A stretch of DNA of 64,000 bases from assembly GCA_965223345.1 (NCBI GenBank), contig CBDCWG010000012.1:1760001-1824000 (forward strand), written 5' to 3'. The stretch is from Nitrospinales bacterium. Its GTDB lineage: Bacteria; Nitrospinota; Nitrospinia; Nitrospinales; VA-1. Made by a program: the position numbers and the translations under genes. Below, in pieces: positions 58,915-64,000 of the stretch. The notes beneath the pieces were generated by a model. The model ran no database searches. It was not told the DNA's origin and saw only the letters and a program-made list of their open reading frames with translations. Position 1 is the first letter of the stretch. Each line of letters starts with the position of its first letter.

Positions 58915-61032
58915 TCAGCGGACGCAGGTGAGTTCGATGCGCCGTCTTGCGATGTCCACGTCGTGAATGCGGACCGTCACCGGATCCCCGATGGTGAAGG
59001 TGCGGTGGCGGCGTTGTCCCTGCAGCTTGTGCTCGGTCTCGAAAAAAATGTAGTAATCGTCGGTGAGGGAGGAAACCCGCACCAGCCCTTCCACGTACAC
59101 ATCCGTCAGCTCCACGAAAAACCCGAAGGCGGTGACGCCGATGATGAAGCCGGAATAGGTCTCGCCGATTTTGTCCAGCATGAACTGGGCCCGGCGCAGG
59201 TCGTTGATCTCGCGTTCGATCTCCATCGCCTTGCGTTCGGTCGCCGAGGACTGCTCCGCCTGTTCGGCGATTTTGGGCAGCAGGCGTTTTTTCTCTCTCT
59301 GGGAACACTTGCGTTTCTTGAGAAACATCTTGAGCAGCCGGTGGGTGATGAGGTCCGGGTAGCGCCGGATGGGCGAGGTGAAATGGGTGTAATGCTCGAA
59401 GCCAAGCGCGAAGTGGCCCGGGTCCTTTTCCGAATAGATGGCTTTTTTCATCGCCCGCAGCAGCAGCAGGTTGATCGTGCGCTCTTCCTTGTGGCCTTTC
59501 GCGCGTTTGAGCAGGTTCTGCAGGTCCACCGACCGCACGTTGCGCGTGCTTCTGAGCCTCAGGCCGAACGAGGCGATGAACTGGTTGAAGTCGGCGATTT
59601 TTTCCTCGTCCGGCTTTTCGTGGATGCGGTGGATGACGGGGACGTTTTTTTCCGTGAGAAAGCGCGCGATCTCCCGGTTGGCGGCCAGCATGAATTCCTC
59701 GATCAGCTCGTGCGCGTCGTTGTGCTCGGCGAGCTTGATGCCGGTGACCTTGCCGTTCTTGTCCACCTCGATTTCCGGCTCCGGGATGTTCATGTCCACG
59801 CTGCCTTTCTGGAAGCGGTTTTTCCGCAGCGTCTGGGAGAGCGTGTGCATGTGTTTGAGAACCGGCAGCGCGTCGGGGAATTTTTTGTCCGGATCTCCCT
59901 TCTTCAACAGCGCCGCAACCTGTTTGTAAGTGAAACGGATTTTGCTTTGAATGGTGGAGAGAAACGATTTGGAACCCAGCACCGTGCCGTTCGCATCGAA
60001 ATCGATCACCACGCTCACGGTCAGGCGCTTGACCCCCGGCTTGAGGCTGCAGATTTCGTTGGAAAGCTGCACCGGCAGCATGGGGATGACGCCGTCGGGG
60101 TAGTAGGTGCTGGTGCCGCGCTGGAAGGCTTCCTTGTCGAGCAGCGAATCCTCGCGCACGAAATGGCTGACGTCGGCGATGTGCACACCGAGCCGGTAGA
60201 CGCCTTTGAGCATTTCCAGCGACACGGCGTCGTCGAAATCCTTGGCCTTTTCGCCGTCGATGGTGAAGATCAACTGTTTTGTGAGGTCCTTGCGCTGCTC
60301 GTCGGCGTCGCCTTCGGCCAGGGTCTTTTCCACCCGTGTGGCTTCGGCCAGAACCCTGGGCGGAAATTCCTTGTGCACGCCGAATTTGCGGAAGATGGAT
60401 TTGATCTCCACTTCCGGATCGTCGGTGAATCCCAGGACTTCCGTCACCCGGCCCTGCGGCGGCTGGTGGTTGCTGGGCGGCGCGTCGATCTTGACGGTCA
60501 CCACCTGTCCGGGTTTCGCGCCGCCTTTTTTCTTGGCGGGCACGAACACATCGTGGACGTATTTTTCCTCCATCGGGATCACCCAGCCGTTGGCGCCGAA
60601 CTTTTCGAACACGCCCACCAGCGACTGCGTGTTGCGCTGGACGATGCGGATCACCCGGCCTTCCGGCCGGTCGCGGCCGCGCCGCGTCTCGACGCGGGCG
60701 ATCACCTTGTCCAGGTGCATGGCCGTGTTGGTCTGGGTGCGGGCGATGTAGAGATCCTCGCCGTCCTCTTTGTTGTCCGGTGTCACGAAACCGTAGCCGT
60801 TGGGATGGCCCTTGAAGATGCCGGTGACAAGGTTCATGGCGTCCGGAAGCCCGTAGCGGCCGCCGCGGATGCGGATCAGCGTCCCCGCCTGAGCCATGTC
60901 CTTGACCTTGTTGCGAAACTCGCGCCGCTGGGTGTCCGGAATGGCGAGCTGTTTGACCAGTTCGCTGATCTTCATCGGATGGCTGGATTTTTTGCGGAGC
61001 AGGCTTAAGATGGATTCTTCGGTGAGCTTCAT
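58915..61032 (-). CDS. rnr: Ribonuclease R
   Basis: TIDGEKAKDFDDA, HIADV, IEEFMLAAN, YTHFTSPIRRYPD, S1 domain. Confidence 0.96.
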   Translation of the reverse strand: MKLTEESILSLLRKKSSHPMKISELVKQLAIPDTQRREFRNKVKDMAQAGTLIRIRGGRYGLPDAMNLVTGIFKGHPNGYGFVTPDNKEDGEDLYIARTQTNTAMHLDKVIARVETRRGRDRPEGRVIRIVQRNTQSLVGVFEKFGANGWVIPMEEKYVHDVFVPAKKKGGAKPGQVVTVKIDAPPSNHQPPQGRVTEVLGFTDDPEVEIKSIFRKFGVHKEFPPRVLAEATRVEKTLAEGDADEQRKDLTKQLIFTIDGEKAKDFDDAVSLEMLKGVYRLGVHIADVSHFVREDSLLDKEAFQRGTSTYYPDGVIPMLPVQLSNEICSLKPGVKRLTVSVVIDFDANGTVLGSKSFLSTIQSKIRFTYKQVAALLKKGDPDKKFPDALPVLKHMHTLSQTLRKNRFQKGSVDMNIPEPEIEVDKNGKVTGIKLAEHNDAHELIEEFMLAANREIARFLTEKNVPVIHRIHEKPDEEKIADFNQFIASFGLRLRSTRNVRSVDLQNLLKRAKGHKEERTINLLLLRAMKKAIYSEKDPGHFALGFEHYTHFTSPIRRYPDLITHRLLKMFLKKRKCSQREKKRLLPKIAEQAEQSSATERKAMEIEREINDLRRAQFMLDKIGETYSGFIIGVTAFGFFVELTDVYVEGLVRVSSLTDDYYIFFETEHKLQGQRRHRTFTIGDPVTVRIHDVDIARRRIELTCVR

Positions 61033-61188
61033 TGAGGGGCCTTGAAGTTTCCTTAGGGTTATATCCAAAAAAGACGCCCGTGACAATCCTTTCGGCTTCA
61101 CGAAGGCGGTAAGTGTCCGCACCGCGCTCGATTGCGGGGCGGGATGGGCCGCGTGGGCTCAGCGGGAAAGTGGCTTTTTCGGTCGCTT

Positions 61189-61217
61189 TTGCTTTTTTGC
61201 CCGCGGTTCCTTATAAT
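61189..61217 (+). promoter_or_regulatory. sigma70 promoter of pheT
   Basis: TTGCTT-N17-TATAAT. Confidence 0.7.
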
Positions 61218-61255
61218 TCGGCATTTATTTGCAACGTTTTGCATTGGGAGTGGTT

Positions 61256-63343
61256 GTGCTGATCGAGCTGGACTGGTTGAAAGAATACATCGACGTCGAG
61301 GTTTCCGCCGAGGAAATGGCGCGCACGCTCACGATGGGCGGGCTGGAACTGGAATCGCTGGAAGCGGTGGAGGTGTCGCAGGGAGTGAAGCGGGATGTCC
61401 TGGAACTCAACGTGACGCCCAACCGCGGTTATTGCCTGAGCTACCGCGGCGTCGCGCGCGAGGCGGCGGCGCTTCTGGGCAGCCCGCTGAAACTGGCGTC
61501 ACCCGAAACACAGCTTAACGAAAGCTGGGGCCAAACGCCTGTGGAAAAAGCCGTCACGGTATTGAACCAGGAACCGGAGTTGTGCCCCCGCTATGCGGCG
61601 ATGGTGATCGAAAACGTCAAGCCGGGCCCCTCACCCAAATGGCTGGCCGACAGGTTGATCTCGATCGGTCTTCGGCCCATCAACAACATCGTCGATATCA
61701 CCAATTTCGTGATGATGGAGTACGGCCAGCCGCTGCATGCGTTCGACCGCGAGCTGCTCGCCGACAAGGCCATCGTGATCCGGCGCGCCTATAATAAGGA
61801 AGCCTTCACCAGCCTGGACGGAACCGACTTGACGCTCGGGGAGGACGCCTTGGTCATCGCCGATGCCAAAAAAGCCGTGGCGCTTGCGGGCATCATGGGC
61901 GGCGGCAACAGCGAGGTGTCGGAAACAACCCGCAACGTGGTTTTAGAGAGCGCCTGCTTCGATCCGTTCACGGTGCGCAAGGGCTCGAAAAAATACGGGC
62001 TGCGCAGCGATTCCTCCTACCGCTTCGAGCGGGGGGTGGACATCGACGGCGTGATCGAGGCGCAGGCGCGGGCGGCGTTGCTCATTAAAGAACTGGCCGG
62101 CGGCGAAATCTGCCGCGGCCGCATCGATGTGTATCCGAAACCGCGCGCCGCGAAAACCGTGACGCTGCGGGTGGACCGGGTGAACCGGGTGCTTGGCACC
62201 GAATTGACCTCGCAGGCGATACAGGCTTATCTCGAACGGCTGGGGATGCCCTGGAAAGAGGCATCCGGTGACCTTGCGGTGACGCTGCCGAGTTTCCGGC
62301 CGCAGCTCGCGCGTGAGATCGACCTGATCGAGGAAATCGCCCGCCTGCACGGTTACGACAACGTCGCGGTGTCCTCGCCGCGGGCGGAAGTCTGCCCGGT
62401 GCGGTTTTCGCGCAAAAACACCAGCATCCGCACTGCCAGGGACACGCTGTGCCGACTGGGGTACGCGGAGGCGATCCATTACAGTTTCATCGATGCAAGT
62501 GCGTCCTCGGACTTCAAGGCCGCGTTCGGCGGCAACGGGGCGGACACGATTCCCATCAGCAACCCGCTGAGCGGCGAATGGTCCACCATGCGTTCGAGTC
62601 TCTTGCCCGGCTTGATCGCCACCGCCGCCCGCAATGTGAGCAAAGGTCAGAGACCGGTGCGGATTTTCGAAGTGGGCGAGGTGTTCTACCGTGCGCAGGC
62701 GAACGGGCCGGTGGTGGAGAAGACCTGTGTCGCCGCGTTGTTGAGCGGCAACCAGGAAGTGCAGTTGTGGAAAGACCCGGCGAAGCCCTACGACTTTTTC
62801 GATCTGAAAGGCGCTCTGGAAACCGTGATGGCGCAGTTCAAAGAGCGGCTGGAATTCGCCGACAGCGAGCGGCCGTTTTTGAGCCCCGGAAAATCGGTCG
62901 ATTGTATTCTCGACGGCAAAACGGTCGGCTGCCTCGGCGAACTCCGGCCGGACTGGGGGCGCAAGTTCGAGCTGGAGCAAAACGCGCTGGTGTTCGAGAT
63001 CGATTTCGACACGCTGGTGGAGGCGCTTCCGGGGCCGCCGCGCTTTCAGCCGATTCCCAAGTTCCCCGGCACCTACCGCGACATTTCCGTGCTGGTGGAC
63101 CGGTCGGTGTCGGCGCAGGCGGTGCAGGACCTGATCGCGGCGGCGAGCGCGCCGCTTCTGGACAGCGTCGATCTGTACGATCATTTCGAAGGGAAAAAAA
63201 TCGAGGCGGGAAAAAAGAGTCTGACCTTCGCGCTGCGGTTTCAGTCGCTGGAAAAAACGCTCACCGATGAAGAAGTGAATCCCGTGTTCGAGAAAATCGT
63301 GCAAACCCTTGCCGAAAAACTGGGTGCGTCTTTGCGCGAATGA
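61256..63343 (+). CDS. pheT: Phenylalanine--tRNA ligase beta subunit (short form)
   Basis: VTPNRG, INNIVDITN, GQPLHAFD, DLIEEIAR, NPLS, C-terminal FDX-ACB domain. Confidence 0.96.
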   Translation: MLIELDWLKEYIDVEVSAEEMARTLTMGGLELESLEAVEVSQGVKRDVLELNVTPNRGYCLSYRGVAREAAALLGSPLKLASPETQLNESWGQTPVEKAVTVLNQEPELCPRYAAMVIENVKPGPSPKWLADRLISIGLRPINNIVDITNFVMMEYGQPLHAFDRELLADKAIVIRRAYNKEAFTSLDGTDLTLGEDALVIADAKKAVALAGIMGGGNSEVSETTRNVVLESACFDPFTVRKGSKKYGLRSDSSYRFERGVDIDGVIEAQARAALLIKELAGGEICRGRIDVYPKPRAAKTVTLRVDRVNRVLGTELTSQAIQAYLERLGMPWKEASGDLAVTLPSFRPQLAREIDLIEEIARLHGYDNVAVSSPRAEVCPVRFSRKNTSIRTARDTLCRLGYAEAIHYSFIDASASSDFKAAFGGNGADTIPISNPLSGEWSTMRSSLLPGLIATAARNVSKGQRPVRIFEVGEVFYRAQANGPVVEKTCVAALLSGNQEVQLWKDPAKPYDFFDLKGALETVMAQFKERLEFADSERPFLSPGKSVDCILDGKTVGCLGELRPDWGRKFELEQNALVFEIDFDTLVEALPGPPRFQPIPKFPGTYRDISVLVDRSVSAQAVQDLIAAASAPLLDSVDLYDHFEGKKIEAGKKSLTFALRFQSLEKTLTDEEVNPVFEKIVQTLAEKLGASLRE

Positions 63344-63365
63344 CACAGGCAACACCTGTTGATCA

Positions 63366-63394
63366 TTGACACCTCAAATTGCCGGTGCTACGAT
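63366..63394 (+). promoter_or_regulatory. sigma70 promoter with extended -10, directly before ATG 63401
   Basis: TTGACA-N17-TACGAT with TGn. Confidence 0.7.
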
Positions 63395-63400
63395 TCGGAT

Positions 63401-63679
63401 ATGAAAGCGGAAAAGATTGAAAAATTGTCTTTCCTGGTCACATCCATCGTCGATGAGCTGCATCAGTTGAAGACCGAAAACCAGCGGTTGAACGAACTGA
63501 TTCTCGAGCTCGACCAAAAAAACCAGGCCGCTCACGCCTTCCAGGAAAAGGCTGCCAAGGATCTGGACCTTCTCGACAGCCTCAAAGCGATGAATCAGAA
63601 AATGGAGAAGGAACAGTCCGAGATCCGCTCCAAGGTGCAAACCATTCTGAACGACCTCAAAGAAATGGATTGCTCCTGA
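63401..63679 (+). CDS. ZapB-like coiled-coil protein
   Basis: Coiled coil; located between pheT and zapA. Confidence 0.7.
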   Translation: MKAEKIEKLSFLVTSIVDELHQLKTENQRLNELILELDQKNQAAHAFQEKAAKDLDLLDSLKAMNQKMEKEQSEIRSKVQTILNDLKEMDCS

Positions 63680-63737
63680 ACTGCCACCGGTCGGGAACGC
63701 TTCCTTTTTCCGATCACACTTTATCGCCGATCGACCC

Positions 63738-64000
63738 ATGTCCTCTAGCACAGTGATCAAGATCAACGGGAAAACGTACAAGATCAAGAACGGCTCGTTT
63801 TCCGTGGACCCGCAGCAGGTGGCGAACCTGGTGGACGCCAAGATGCGCGAGTTGTCCGGCGCGCGCGGCAGCACGTCCACGCAGGACCTCGCGGTGCTCA
63901 CCGCACTCAACATCGCGCACGACCTGCTGGAGGTGCGGCGCAAGATGAAGGACCTGGAAACCTCCAGTGAAACCGGGCTCGACCGGCTCATCGAATTCAT
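63738..64000 (+). CDS. zapA: Cell division protein ZapA (runs off the window)
   Basis: Manual translation MSSSTVIKINGKTYKI...VANLVDAKMREL...LAVLTALNIAHDLL. Confidence 0.85.
   Translation, partial: MSSSTVIKINGKTYKIKNGSFSVDPQQVANLVDAKMRELSGARGSTSTQDLAVLTALNIAHDLLEVRRKMKDLETSSETGLDRLIEF

Noticed and set aside
63374..64000. 208-aa minus-strand ORF
   Set aside because: Shadow of the plus-strand ZapB-like and zapA genes

Overview
A 64-kb bacterial chromosomal window, mostly GC-rich, probably from a Nitrospina-like (Nitrospinota) organism; the taxon is inferred from gene content only. Housekeeping genes include purA, cstA, an Nfu-type scaffold, ispH, squalene synthase, sdhCAB, HU/IHF, gatCA, comEC, rnr, pheT and zapB/zapA. 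Accessory blocks: (i) a probable sigma54-driven operon (413-9512) with a VOC protein, pirin, an exported MBL hydrolase, two tandem exported amidohydrolases sharing a near-identical 3' end, YcaC, a lipoprotein and a nitroreductase; (ii) a lone AT-rich OLD-type ATPase/TOPRIM gene with an apparent late nonsense codon; (iii) a family of modular, partly palindromic intergenic repeats at three loci, two of which bracket an AT-rich cargo of unknown genes in inverted orientation; (iv) a TetR-controlled YHS / DUF4383 / cytochrome P460 / DUF4383 / tautomerase module; (v) a soluble PAS-PAS-MCP-hemerythrin chemoreceptor. I recognised no tRNA, rRNA, CRISPR array, transposase or integrase. All family calls come from motif recognition by eye, not from database searches.
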